A stretch of DNA of 64,000 bases from an uncultured Acidobacteriota bacterium (GCA_963741955.1 CAVUKB010000005.1:640001-704000), one strand, 5' to 3'. Numbered from the stretch's first letter, positions 27,341 to 39,019 are shown. A program made the numbers and translations. Notes: a model not told the origin generated them from the sequence alone.

Positions 27341-30336
27341 GGCACGCGACCTCACTCTTTCTCCTTCTTTTCGCCGCCTCTCTTCAGGGCGCAGTGGTCG
27401 ACGCTTTCGACTCGGTCGCCGCCTGGTCGGCTCACCCTTCCGACGGCGTGGAGCTCCACATCAGCCGTGACCCGGCAGGACATCACGGCTCTGCGATGCG
27501 GCTCGACTTCGACTTCCACAATCACGCCGGCTACGCCATCGCGCGGAGGAAGCTCGACATCGATCTTCCGCCGAACTTCGAGTTTCGCTGGTGGGTGCGC
27601 GCCGAGGCTCCGGTGAACGATCTCGAGTTCAAGCTGATCGACGCGAGCGGAGACAACGTGTGGTGGCTCGACCGGCGCAATTTCACGTATCCGAAAGAGT
27701 GGACGGAGCTCGTGACGCGCAAACGGCAGATCTCCTTCGCGTGGGGACCGCTCGGCGGAGGCGAGCCTCACCACATCGCGTCGATCGAGATCGTGGTGAC
27801 TGCCGGAACCGGAGGGAAAGGGACGGTCTGGATCGACGACCTGACTCTCGACGAGCTCCCTCCCGCGAAGAGCGGTCCCGTCACCCGCGGTCCCTGGCAG
27901 GCGCCCGCCGGACCGCAGCAATGGATCGTCGACCTCGGCGAGACGCGCGAGATCGGCGCGATGCAGATCGCGTGGGATCCGGCGCGGCTGGGACGTGATT
28001 TCTCCGTCGCGATCTCGCGCGACGGGACGAACTACGAGACGGTCCGCGAGGTCGCCGACAACCGGCACACCGACGAGCTGCTCGCCCTTCCCGACCGCGA
28101 CGCGCGGTTCGTCCGTCTCTCGTTCAGAAGGAGCGCAGGCGGAAAAGGATACGCGATCCGATCACTGACACTGCAGCCGCCGGGATGGGCGGAGACGCCG
28201 AATGATCTCTTCTCCCGCGTCGCTGCCTCTGCGCCGCGCGGCTCCTATCCCCGCTACCTCGCCGGCGAGCAGCCGTACTGGACGGTCGTCGGCGCGGACG
28301 GAGCAGACCACGAGGCGCTGGCCGGAGAGGACGGCAACGTCGAGCCATTCAAGAGTGGCTTCTCGATCGAGCCGTTCCTCTTCGACGGACGGCTGATCAC
28401 GTGGAGCGACGTTTCGATCGAGCACTCGCTCGAGGAGGGCGATCTCCCGATTCCGTCGGCGGGGTGGAAGAGCGACCGCGGGATCGAGCTCGTCGTCACG
28501 TCCGGCGTCACCAGCACCTCGATGCTCCTTCTCCGCTATCGGGTCCGAAGCACAGCCGCTCGAGACCTGACCCTCTTCCTGACCGTGAGGCCGTTCCAGG
28601 TGAATCCGTCGACGCAGTTCCTCAACATCACCGGAGGGGTCTCGCCGATCCGCACGATCGGCTTCGACGGACGCGTGGTGACGGTCGAGCCGCCAGATCG
28701 AACGTCTCCCCCGCGATGGCGGATCGAACCGATGACGAAGCCATCCGCGTTCGGCGCAGCGACGTACGACCAGGGGGGCGTGATCGCGTTTCTTCGGGAC
28801 GGACGGGTTCCGCCGACGGCGACCATCACGGATCCTCAGAACTTCGCGTCCGGCGCGCTCGCATATCCGCTTCGTCTTCGCGCTCGTGAGTGGCAGGAGG
28901 TCGATCTCGCCGTTCCCCTCTCCCGGAACGCGCTCCCCGTCTCGAATTTCGATCAGGCATTCGCGACGATCGCCGCCAGCTGGCGGGAGAAACTTCATCG
29001 CGTCGCGATCGAGATTCCGGGGGCTCCCGCGATCGCCGACACGATCCGGAGCAATCTCGCATGGACTCTCATCGACCGCGACGGCGCGGCGATCGAACCG
29101 GGATCGCGATCCTACGACCGCGCCTGGATCCGTGACGGCGCACTGATCTCCGCCGAACTGTTGCGGCTCGGGCACGACGTCGAGGCGAAGGAGTTCGCGG
29201 AATGGTTCGCGCCGTACCAATTCCCGAACGGCAAGGTCCCGTGCTGCGTCGATGTCCGCGGAGCCGACCCGGTTCCGGAGAACGACAGTCACGGAGAGCT
29301 GATCTTCCTGGTCGCGGAGATCTGGCGCTACACCGGAGATGCGGAGTTCGTCCGCCGCCTCTGGCCACACGTCGATGCAGCAGCGAGCTACATCCAGACT
29401 CTCCGCGCCGCGAACCACGGTGAGTTCGAAGGACTGGTCACCGAATCGATCAGTCACGAAGGGTATTCGGCGAAACCGGTGCATTCGTACTGGGACGATT
29501 CCTTCGCGCTGAAGGGACTCCACGACGCTGCGCAGCTCGCCGGCGTCCTCGGGTTCGACCAGAGGAAGCGCGAGCTCGAAGGCGATGCCGCATCGCTGCA
29601 GCGCGATCTCCTCGCGTCGATGCTCCGCACCATCGATCAGCATCACCTCGACTATCTCCCCGCCTCCGCGGAGCTCGGCGATCTCGACCCCTCGGCGACC
29701 GCGATCGCGATCTCTCCGCTCGGCATTCTCGACTGGCTGCCGGAGCCGCATCTCCGCCGCACGTTCGATCACTACTTCGCCTCACTCGAAAAACCTCGCG
29801 ACCTCTACACACCGTACGAGATGCGCATCATCGGTGCGCTGATCCGGATGGGAGAGAAGAAACGCGCGCTCTCACTCGTCGACCGGTTTCTCGCCGACCG
29901 CCGCCCCGCAGGGTGGAACGAGTGGGCCGAGGTCGTGGTGCGCGATCCGCGGAAGCCGCAGTTCCTCGGAGACATGCCGCACGCCTGGATCGCTTCGGAT
30001 TTCATTCGGTCCATCCTCGACGCATTTGCGTACGACCGTGACGACGGGACGCTCGTCGTCGGCGCCGGCGTGCCGCGTTCGTGGATCGGTCGAGGGACGC
30101 TCCACGTCGGACCGCTTCCGACCTGGCACGGCCCGATCGACATCCGGATGACGGCCCCGGCAGGCGATCGCATCGTGGTGGAGCTCTCCGGAACCGCGTC
30201 ACCGAAGGCGATCGTCGTCCATTCTCCCGACGAGCGGCCGCTCCGCCGCTCGGTAGTGGATGGTACCGAAGTCCCTCACCCGAACGACACCGTCACCATC
30301 ACTCAGCTCCCTGCAGCGATCACATTCGAGTACTGA
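27337..30336 (+). CDS. Secreted discoidin (F5/8 type C) domain protein with C-terminal (alpha/alpha)6 glycoside-hydrolase-like domain
   Basis: Signal peptide, WIVDLGE..EI...I.W discoidin motif, PGSRSYDRAWIRDG, PENDSHGE, ESISHEGY, GDMPHAW. Confidence 0.75.
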   Translation: MRHATSLFLLLFAASLQGAVVDAFDSVAAWSAHPSDGVELHISRDPAGHHGSAMRLDFDFHNHAGYAIARRKLDIDLPPNFEFRWWVRAEAPVNDLEFKLIDASGDNVWWLDRRNFTYPKEWTELVTRKRQISFAWGPLGGGEPHHIASIEIVVTAGTGGKGTVWIDDLTLDELPPAKSGPVTRGPWQAPAGPQQWIVDLGETREIGAMQIAWDPARLGRDFSVAISRDGTNYETVREVADNRHTDELLALPDRDARFVRLSFRRSAGGKGYAIRSLTLQPPGWAETPNDLFSRVAASAPRGSYPRYLAGEQPYWTVVGADGADHEALAGEDGNVEPFKSGFSIEPFLFDGRLITWSDVSIEHSLEEGDLPIPSAGWKSDRGIELVVTSGVTSTSMLLLRYRVRSTAARDLTLFLTVRPFQVNPSTQFLNITGGVSPIRTIGFDGRVVTVEPPDRTSPPRWRIEPMTKPSAFGAATYDQGGVIAFLRDGRVPPTATITDPQNFASGALAYPLRLRAREWQEVDLAVPLSRNALPVSNFDQAFATIAASWREKLHRVAIEIPGAPAIADTIRSNLAWTLIDRDGAAIEPGSRSYDRAWIRDGALISAELLRLGHDVEAKEFAEWFAPYQFPNGKVPCCVDVRGADPVPENDSHGELIFLVAEIWRYTGDAEFVRRLWPHVDAAASYIQTLRAANHGEFEGLVTESISHEGYSAKPVHSYWDDSFALKGLHDAAQLAGVLGFDQRKRELEGDAASLQRDLLASMLRTIDQHHLDYLPASAELGDLDPSATAIAISPLGILDWLPEPHLRRTFDHYFASLEKPRDLYTPYEMRIIGALIRMGEKKRALSLVDRFLADRRPAGWNEWAEVVVRDPRKPQFLGDMPHAWIASDFIRSILDAFAYDRDDGTLVVGAGVPRSWIGRGTLHVGPLPTWHGPIDIRMTAPAGDRIVVELSGTASPKAIVVHSPDERPLRRSVVDGTEVPHPNDTVTITQLPAAITFEY

Positions 30337-30364
30337 GGCCGCGTCGGACCGACGGCATCCCGGA

Positions 30365-31464
30365 GGAGCGCCGGCATCCCCAGGAGCGCCGGCATCCCTG
30401 CCGGCTCGTGACGAGCGCCCCGTGCTCGTCACCTTCTTCGCACGATCCTCCGACGCAAGAATCCCAGCACTCCCGAGATCCTCGCGGTCAGGCGCAGAGG
30501 CCTGACCGCAGCCGGCTTGAGGCCGGCATCCCCAGGAGCGCCGGCATCCCTGCCGGCTCGTGACGAGCATCCCGTGCTCGTCACTTCATTTCGCGCACGA
30601 TCCTCCGACGCAAGAATCCCAGCACTCCCGAGATCCTCGCGGTCAGGCGCAGAGGCCTGACCGCAGCCGGCTTGAAGCCGGCATCCCCAGGAGCGCCGGC
30701 ATCCCTGCCGGCTCGTGACGAGCATCCCGTGCTCGTCACTTCATTTCGCGCACGATCCTCCGACGCAAGACTCCTCAGCACTCCCGAGATCCTCGCGGTC
30801 AGGCGCAGAGGCCTGACCGCAGCCGGCTTGAAGCCGGCGCCCCCAGGAGCGCCGGCATCCCTGCCGGCTCGTGACGAGCATCCCGTGCTCGTCACTTCAT
30901 TTCGCGCACGATCCTCCGACGCAAGAATCCCAGCACTCCCGAGATCCTCGCGGTCAGGCGCAGAGGCCTGACCGCAGCCGGCTTGAAGCCGGCATCCCCA
31001 GGAGCGCCGGCATCCCTGCCGGCTCGTGACGAGCATCCCGTGCTCGTCACTTCATTTCGCGCACGATCCTCCGACGCAAGAATCCCAGCACTCCCGAGAT
31101 CCTCGCGGTCAGGCGCAGAGGCCTGACCGCAGCCGGCTTGAAGCCGGCGCCCCCAGGAGCGCCGGCATCCCTGCCGGCTCGTGACGAGCATCCCGTGCTC
31201 GTCACTTCATTTCGCACACGATCCTCCGACGCAAGAATCCCAGCACTCCCGAGATCCCTCGCGGTCAGGCGCAGAGGCCTGACCGCAGCCGGCTTGAGGC
31301 CGGCATCCCCAGGAGCGCCGGCATCCCTGCCGGCTCGTGACGAGCATCCCGTGCTCGTCACTTCATTTCGCGCACGATCCTCCGACGCAAGAATCCCAGC
31401 ACTCCCGAGATCCTCGCGGTCAGGCGCAGAGGCCTGACCGCAGCCGGCTTGAAGCCGGCGCCCC
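30365..31464. repeat. Tandem array of 7 REPIN/BIME-like units (152-156 bp)
   Basis: Units start at 30383, 30535, 30690, 30846, 31001, 31156, 31312; each carries GGAGCGCCGGCATCCCTGCCGGC plus three further hairpins. Confidence 0.95.
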
Positions 31465-31503
31465 TCCGCTTCATTCCGACCTATGCGATCATAGGCGCCG
31501 GCC

Positions 31504-32898
31504 ATGGCATCACTGCAATTCACGATCGACGAGCTGGGTCGCCTCAGCGAGTCGGAGGCGTGGCGACGCGACTCCGATCACGGCATGCGCCGGACGCTGC
31601 GATGGATGCTGCGCGCTTTCCTCGGGATCTCATTCCTCGAAGTGATCGCAACGTCCCAGCACGGAGCGAGCTATCCAGCCGGCGTCGTCATCGCCGTGGT
31701 GAATCTCCTGGTGGTCCTGCCACTCGTCCTGTCGTTCCGGGTCTGGGACGATCCGAACGGCTTCAGCTCCCACCTCCCCGGAATCACTCCGCTGTCCCGT
31801 TTCGTTCAGCGCCAGATCCGAGCGGTCGCTCTCGTCTACATCGTCCTCCAGCTCTGGATCGTGCTTTCCCTCACTCCCGGGCTCGAGTCGTGGTCGCCGT
31901 GGCTGACCCTCTTCCCCTTTTTCCCGGTGCTGTTCCGTTTCACCCCGGCGGAGCGATTCGCCGTGCACACGATCTTCATCCTGACCGGCGTTGCGGCGTG
32001 GCTCTTCTCCCCCGCGGCCGGGGTGAAGGGATTCGATTTCGGACTGGTGATCGCCGTCGCCTCCACCAACCTCATCGCGCTCGGGATCGGCCTGCTGAGA
32101 AGCTCGCGCAGACGCAAGTCGTTCGTACGCGAATTCACCCGGATCCGCGACGAGGCGGCCGACCGGATCCGGATGCGGCAGGAGCTCGAGTATGCGCGGC
32201 AGATCCAGCTCAGCATGTTGCCGCGCGAGATTCCCCGTATCGACTGGATCGATCTCGCGAGCGTCTCCCTCCCCGCGACTGAAGTCGGGGGCGACTACTA
32301 CGACTTCTATTTCCCCTCTCCCGACGGGATCGTTCTCACCTGCGCCGACGTGGCAGGACACGGACTCGGAAGCGGTCTGGTTCTCTCCGGCGTCCGAAGC
32401 GGCCTCGCTCTCCTCTCCGATCAACTCGACCATCCGGAGGTCGTGATGGAACGGATGCACGGGATGATCCGCCGGACGACGGCGAAGCGGATGCTCGTGA
32501 CCATGGCGCTTCTCGCGATCGACCGGCGGTCGCGCGTCGCCCGCTACGCCACCGCGGGGCATCCCCCCCTCCTCCTCCGTCGCTCCTCGGGATCTGTCGA
32601 GGAGATCCTTCACGGATCGCTCCCGCTCGGCGCCGGGCTCGGCGACGGCTTCCCGGTTCACGAGATCGCGTGGAACCCGGGGGACCTCTTCCTGCTGCAC
32701 ACGGATGGCCTCTATGAGACGCGCAATCCCGAAGGTCAGTCCTACGGTCTGGAGCGACTGATGGACGTGATGGCTGCACTCCCCACTGCCGGGTCAGCCG
32801 CGGAGGCCCGAGACAGCATCCTCCGCGACGTCACCACGTTCCGCGAGAGCGGCCAGCAGGAAGACGACCTCACGATCGTCGTCGCAAAGATGGCGTGA
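31504..32898 (+). CDS. Membrane-bound PP2C/SpoIIE family phosphatase (RsbU-like)
   Basis: Several N-terminal TM helices, ARQIQ..MLP, EVGGDYYD, ADVAGHG, AGHPP, TDGL.E, EDDLT. Confidence 0.92.
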   Translation: MASLQFTIDELGRLSESEAWRRDSDHGMRRTLRWMLRAFLGISFLEVIATSQHGASYPAGVVIAVVNLLVVLPLVLSFRVWDDPNGFSSHLPGITPLSRFVQRQIRAVALVYIVLQLWIVLSLTPGLESWSPWLTLFPFFPVLFRFTPAERFAVHTIFILTGVAAWLFSPAAGVKGFDFGLVIAVASTNLIALGIGLLRSSRRRKSFVREFTRIRDEAADRIRMRQELEYARQIQLSMLPREIPRIDWIDLASVSLPATEVGGDYYDFYFPSPDGIVLTCADVAGHGLGSGLVLSGVRSGLALLSDQLDHPEVVMERMHGMIRRTTAKRMLVTMALLAIDRRSRVARYATAGHPPLLLRRSSGSVEEILHGSLPLGAGLGDGFPVHEIAWNPGDLFLLHTDGLYETRNPEGQSYGLERLMDVMAALPTAGSAAEARDSILRDVTTFRESGQQEDDLTIVVAKMA

Positions 32899-32942
32899 GG
32901 CGTGGGGCGAGCGGCGGCGTATGAACCGCCGTCATCTCCACA

Positions 32943-33190
32943 GGAGCGCCGGCATCCCTGCCGGCTCGTGACGAGCATCCCGTGCTCGTCACTTCCTTTC
33001 GCGCACGATTCCTCGACGCGAGAATCCACAGCACTCCCGAGGATCCCTCGCGGTCAGGCACGGAGGCCTGACCGCAGCCGGCTTGAAGCCGGCGCCCCTC
33101 GGGCAGCCCGCATCTCCACAGGAGCGCCGGCATCCCTGCCGGCTCGTGACGAGCATCCCGTGCTCGTCACCTCCTTTCGCGCACGATTCT
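32943..33190. repeat. About 1.4 copies of the same REPIN unit (178-bp period)
   Basis: GGAGCGCCGGCATCCCTGCCGGC at 32943 and 33121. Confidence 0.92.
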
Positions 33191-33206
33191 TTGTTGTCAG
33201 TCTTCT

Positions 33207-34220
33207 CTACACCACCCGACCCACCGCCGGCACGATGATCCGCAGTTCGTCCATCAGCTGCGCGAACTGATCCGGGTAGAGCGACTGGGGACCGTCGCAG
33301 AGCGCATGCTCCGGTTCGTGGTGGACTTCGATCAGCAGACCGTCCGCCCCCGCCGCGACGCTCGCGCGGGCGAGCGGCATCACCTTGTCCCGGCGCCCCG
33401 TGGCGTGGGAGGGGTCGGCGATGATCGGGAGATGGGAGAGCTTCTGCACCACCGGGATCGCCGAGATGTCGAGCGTGTTCCGCGTATACGTCTCGAACGT
33501 CCGGATGCCCCGCTCGCAGAAGATCACCTCGTAGTTGCCGCCGTTCATGATGTACTCACTCGCCAGCAGCCACTCCTGAATGGTCGCCGACATTCCGCGC
33601 TTGAGGAGTACCGGCTTGCGGATCTCGCCGAGCGCCGCCAGGAGGTTGAAGTTCTGCATGTTGCGCGCACCGACCTGAAAGATGTCGACGTACGGCATCA
33701 TCGCTTCGATCTGCCGGATCTCCATCACCTCGGAGACGGTGGCCATCCCGAACTCGTCACCGGCGGCGCGGAGGATCTTCAGCCCGTCCACCCCCATCCC
33801 CTGGAACGAATAGGGAGAGGTGCGCGGCTTGTAGGCCCCGCCGCGAAGGATCTTCGCGCCGGAGCGCGCCACCCGTGACGCCGTCTCGAAGACCTGCCTC
33901 TCGTTCTCGATGGTGCACGGCCCGGCCATGATCACCACTTCCGGCCCGCCGATCTTCACCCCGCGAACGTCGATGATCGTCTTCTCGCGCTTGAACGTTC
34001 GGCTCGCGAGTTTGTACGGTTCACTCACCCGGACTACTTCCTGGACTCCGTGGTACAACTCGAACTCCCTCTGGTCGAGCGTCTCGACCTTTCCGACGAC
34101 GCCGAGCACCGTCTGTTCGGATCCGGTGGAACGATGTACGTCGAAACCCCGCTCGGTGAGGTCTCCGACGACTTTTTCGATCTCTGCTTCCGTTGCGCTC
34201 TTTTCCATAACAATGACCAT
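33207..34220 (-). CDS. aroF: 3-deoxy-7-phosphoheptulonate (DAHP) synthase, type I-beta
   Basis: N-terminal regulatory domain, MAGPC, RGGAYKPRTSPYSFQG, GARNMQNF, LLKRG, DPSHATG. Confidence 0.95.
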   Translation of the reverse strand: MVIVMEKSATEAEIEKVVGDLTERGFDVHRSTGSEQTVLGVVGKVETLDQREFELYHGVQEVVRVSEPYKLASRTFKREKTIIDVRGVKIGGPEVVIMAGPCTIENERQVFETASRVARSGAKILRGGAYKPRTSPYSFQGMGVDGLKILRAAGDEFGMATVSEVMEIRQIEAMMPYVDIFQVGARNMQNFNLLAALGEIRKPVLLKRGMSATIQEWLLASEYIMNGGNYEVIFCERGIRTFETYTRNTLDISAIPVVQKLSHLPIIADPSHATGRRDKVMPLARASVAAGADGLLIEVHHEPEHALCDGPQSLYPDQFAQLMDELRIIVPAVGRVV

Positions 34221-34221
34221 G

Positions 34222-34530
34222 TCACTCGTCCACTTCCCTTTCGACCCGTCTCGATTCGTCGATGATCCGCTCGAAGAGTCTCCGCATGGTGATCGGCTCG
34301 AGCGGACCCTCCGACCACTTCTCGACATTTGCGAGAACTTCCTTCTCTCGTTCGGGAACGTAGATCGGCTCCTCGATTGCGCGCTTGATCTGACCGATCT
34401 CCACTGCGTACTTCGCTCGCTGATTCAGCAGCTTCACCAGCACTTCGTCCACTTTGTCGATGGCCGTACGTAGTCTGCGCAACTCGTTGTGAGCGGCGTC
34501 CGGCTCGAGATTCCGCGCGTTCCGGTTCAT
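34222..34530 (-). CDS. Chorismate mutase (AroQ type)
   Basis: LRRLRTAIDKVDEVLVKLLNQRA...IG.IK...IYVPERE...IIDESR. Confidence 0.9.
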   Translation of the reverse strand: MNRNARNLEPDAAHNELRRLRTAIDKVDEVLVKLLNQRAKYAVEIGQIKRAIEEPIYVPEREKEVLANVEKWSEGPLEPITMRRLFERIIDESRRVEREVDE

Positions 34531-35317
34531 GGCGCCTCCCCGTTCAGAATCTCCCGAACCGCACGTCCCGCTCGCTCCGCGGCGCCGGCCACTTCTCCCT
34601 GGTCGATCGCGCGCACGATGGCGCTTCCGACCACCACCGCATCGCACAGGGGTGCGAGCGTCCGATACTGTTCGTGTGTCGAGACTCCGAAGCCCACCGC
34701 GAGCGGTTTCTTCAACGCGAGCCTCACCTCCCGGAGCCGCTGGACCAGACCCGGATCGAGCTCGCGCCGCGCCCCCGTCACGCCGTTCGTCGAAACGTAG
34801 TAGACGAAGCCGTCACTCATCTTCCCCACCAGAGCCATCCGTCTGTCCGTCGACGTGGGAGCGAGGAGGAACACCGAACCGATCCCGCACCCGTCGAGGT
34901 GCCGTTTCAGATCTCCTGCCGATTCCGGGGGAAGATCGGTCACCAGCACCGAATCGATGCCGGCGCCGGCTGCGTCGGCGGCGAACCGCTGGTACCCGTA
35001 GCGGTGGATCGGGTTGAGGTACGAAAAGAGGACGAGCGGAATCTCACTCCCGCTCCGAACGCGGCGCGCGACCCCGAGCACGTCCGCCATCGTCGTTCCA
35101 CGCTCCAGAGATCGTTGCGATGCGGCCTGAATCACCGGACCGTCCGCGATCGGGTCGGAGAAAGGAACCCCGAGCTCGATGCAGGACGCACCGCTCCGTT
35201 CCAGTTCGCGGACGATTCCGACCGTCGTCTCCGGATCGGGGTCGCCGCAGGTCACGTACGCCACCAGACCGCATTTCCCGTTTCTCTTCAGCTCGCGAAA
35301 CTGCTTCGTCACCCGGT

Positions 35318-35321
<4 letters not shown>
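34527..35321 (-). CDS. trpA: Tryptophan synthase alpha subunit
   Basis: [40 protein letters not shown]. Confidence 0.97.
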
Positions 35322-36513
<1,192 letters not shown>

Positions 36514-36517
<4 letters not shown>

Positions 36518-37188
36518 CGACTCTCCTTCGCCGCCGCGACGAAGCGACGGATCTTCTCTCGATCCTTGATCCCTGCTGCCGACTCCACTCCGGTCGAGAC
36601 GTCCACTCCGTCCGGCCGGGCGATCCGGATCGCTTCGCCGACATTGTCGGGGGTCAGCCCTCCAGCGACGAAGAACGGCCGGTCCGAGATCCCACGCACC
36701 AGCTCCCAATCGAACGTCACTCCGGTCCCTCCCCAAGTGGTGCGGCCGTCTCGGTCGCATCTCCTGTCGTCTCGAGAACCCTCGGATGCGACCGGGACGG
36801 TCGCACCACTTGCCGTGTCATACAGCAACCACTCCCCAACCATGCCATCCACTACCGGCACCCTCTCCCCCACCCGCACGGCGCGGATCACCGGCCGCTG
36901 GATCAACCGTGCGACGTCGTCGCTCTCCTCACCGTGCAACTGCACGAGGTCGAGGCCGACTCCGTCCGCCACTCTGTTGATCTCTTCCGCCGCCGTGTTC
37001 CGGAAGACTCCGACCACATGGACGGCCGCGCCGGTCAGAGCCGCGACGACCTCCGATGCGCACCTCTCCGTCACCATCCGTTTCGACCCGGTCGCAAACA
37101 CCATCCCGACCATGTCTGCACCCGCTTCGACCGCCGCGAGCGCGTCTTCGAGGCGGGTGATTCCGCAGATCTTCACCAGCGTATCCAT
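36514..37188 (-). CDS. trpF: Phosphoribosylanthranilate isomerase carrying an in-frame palindromic insertion
   Basis: [41 protein letters not shown]. Confidence 0.95.
36734..36812. repeat. REP doublet (28-bp inverted arms) inside trpF
   Basis: CAAGTGGTGCGGCCGTCTCGGTCGCATC (36734-36761) pairs with GATGCGACCGGGACGGTCGCACCACTTG (36785-36812), two G-T wobbles. Confidence 0.88.
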
Positions 37189-37994
37189 CACTCCTCCCCC
37201 GCGCCTCGATTCACGAGCCCGCGCACCGCAGCGACCCGATCGTCGTTCCGGAGAAGAGATTCTCCGACCAGAAACGCGTCGAACCCTGCATTCAGAAGAC
37301 GATCGACGTCGGCCCGAGTCCGGATCCCGCTCTCGGAGACGCGCACGACGTCCTCGGGAATCCCGCGCACCAGCCTTTCCGATGTTTCCAGATCGACGGA
37401 AAAGTCGCGAAGGTCGCGATTGTTGACTCCGATGATCTTCGCGCCGCATTCGAGTGCGACGTCGAGCTCCGTCTCGTCGTGCACCTCCACCAGCGCATCA
37501 CATCCATAGCCGGCGATGCGGGCGAGGAGCTCTCTCAGTCGAAGCGGAGTGAGAATCGCGACGATCAGCAGAAGGGCATCCGCTCCGGCCGCCACACCGA
37601 GGTCGATCTGCTGCGGTTCGACGATGAAGTCCTTCATCACCACCGGCCTTCCCGAAGCCTCCGCTGCCACGGCGATCCACGTTCTCGAGCCGCGAAAGAA
37701 CTTCGGCTCGGTGACGATGGAGATTGCCGCAGCGCCGCCTTCGCGATAACCCGTGGCGATCGCGGCGACGTCGGGATCGTGGACGATCGTTCCGGCGGAG
37801 GGAGAGGCCGCCTTGATCTCGGCGATGAGACGTGCCGCGGAGGCCTCGCGTCCGCGGGACAGCGCGTTGTGGAAGCGAAACGAGTCTCTCTCTCCCACCA
37901 CGAGCTCCGCTTCGCGGCTCAGACGCGCGAGATCGGGCGCCGGATCGAGCCCGGCCCGCGTCTCGGTGACGATTCGCGAAAGGACCGTGTTCAC
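37188..37994 (-). CDS. trpC: Indole-3-glycerol phosphate synthase
   Basis: IAEIKAASPSAG, ISIVTEPKFF.G, KDFI, LVEVH, GVNNRDL, SESGI, LVGESL. Confidence 0.96.
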   Translation of the reverse strand: MNTVLSRIVTETRAGLDPAPDLARLSREAELVVGERDSFRFHNALSRGREASAARLIAEIKAASPSAGTIVHDPDVAAIATGYREGGAAAISIVTEPKFFRGSRTWIAVAAEASGRPVVMKDFIVEPQQIDLGVAAGADALLLIVAILTPLRLRELLARIAGYGCDALVEVHDETELDVALECGAKIIGVNNRDLRDFSVDLETSERLVRGIPEDVVRVSESGIRTRADVDRLLNAGFDAFLVGESLLRNDDRVAAVRGLVNRGAGEE

Positions 37995-39019
37995 TGCGCG
38001 GCCTCCTCGAGCTCACTCGACGCGACGACGAGCGCGTCGAGACGGGATGCCGCACGACCGGAATCGATCGACTCGGCAGCGGCACGCACTCCTTCGCGAA
38101 TGCCGGAGACGAGACCGGCCACGTAAAGCGCCGCGCCTGCGTTCGCGAGAACGATCTCGCGTGCCGCCCCTTGCGCGCCGTCCAGGACTTCCCTCGCGAT
38201 GCGGGCGTTGGTCGTCGCGTCGCCGCCGCGAAGCTGCTCGATCGGATGGGGGATCACTCCCATCTCCTGTGGAGTCAGCTCGTATTCGATGATCGCCCCC
38301 CCCCGCAACTCCGCCACTCGCGTGCGGCCGGAGATGGAGATCTCGTCGAGTCCTTCCTCGCTGTGGACGACCATCGCGTGCTCCGCCCCGAGCGTACGCA
38401 GTACGGAAGCGAGGATCGGAACCAGCTCCGGAGCAAAGACACCGATCACCTGGCGGCGCGCCCGTGCGGGGTTGGTCAGCGGCCCCAGTACGTTGAAGAT
38501 CGTCCGCACGCCGAGTTCACGCCGGACCGGCGCCATCGCCGCCATCGCGGGATGGAGCTTCGGGGCGAACAGAAACGAGATCCCGGTCCGCTCGAGAACG
38601 GACGTCATCTGTTCGGCATCGAGGTTGATGTTCACTCCGAGAGCGGTGAGTACGTCCGCACTTCCGCAGGACGACGAGACCGCGCGATTTCCGTGCTTCG
38701 CGACGCGCGCTCCCGCCCCCGCCGCGACGAATGCGGCAACCGTGGAGATGTTGAACGTTCCCGCGCCGTCTCCGCCGGTCCCGCACGTGTCGATCAACCC
38801 ATCCGCCTCGACCCGGAGCGAGATCACTCTCTCGCGCATTGCGGTCGCCGCTCCCGCAATCTCGTCCGGCGTCTCTCCCTTCATCTTCAACGCCACGAGG
38901 AGTGCGCTCTTCTGGACATCCGAGACTTCTCCGTCCATCACTTCCGAGAAGACGCCCTGCATCTCGTCGAGCGAGAGGTGGCTCCCCGACATCACCTTGC
39001 GTATCGATCCTCCGATCAT
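37991..39019 (-). CDS. trpD: Anthranilate phosphoribosyltransferase
   Basis: DTCGTGGDG..TFNIST, KHGNRAVSSSCGSAD, RTIFNVLGPLTNP. Confidence 0.97.
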   Translation of the reverse strand: MIGGSIRKVMSGSHLSLDEMQGVFSEVMDGEVSDVQKSALLVALKMKGETPDEIAGAATAMRERVISLRVEADGLIDTCGTGGDGAGTFNISTVAAFVAAGAGARVAKHGNRAVSSSCGSADVLTALGVNINLDAEQMTSVLERTGISFLFAPKLHPAMAAMAPVRRELGVRTIFNVLGPLTNPARARRQVIGVFAPELVPILASVLRTLGAEHAMVVHSEEGLDEISISGRTRVAELRGGAIIEYELTPQEMGVIPHPIEQLRGGDATTNARIAREVLDGAQGAAREIVLANAGAALYVAGLVSGIREGVRAAAESIDSGRAASRLDALVVASSELEEAAQ

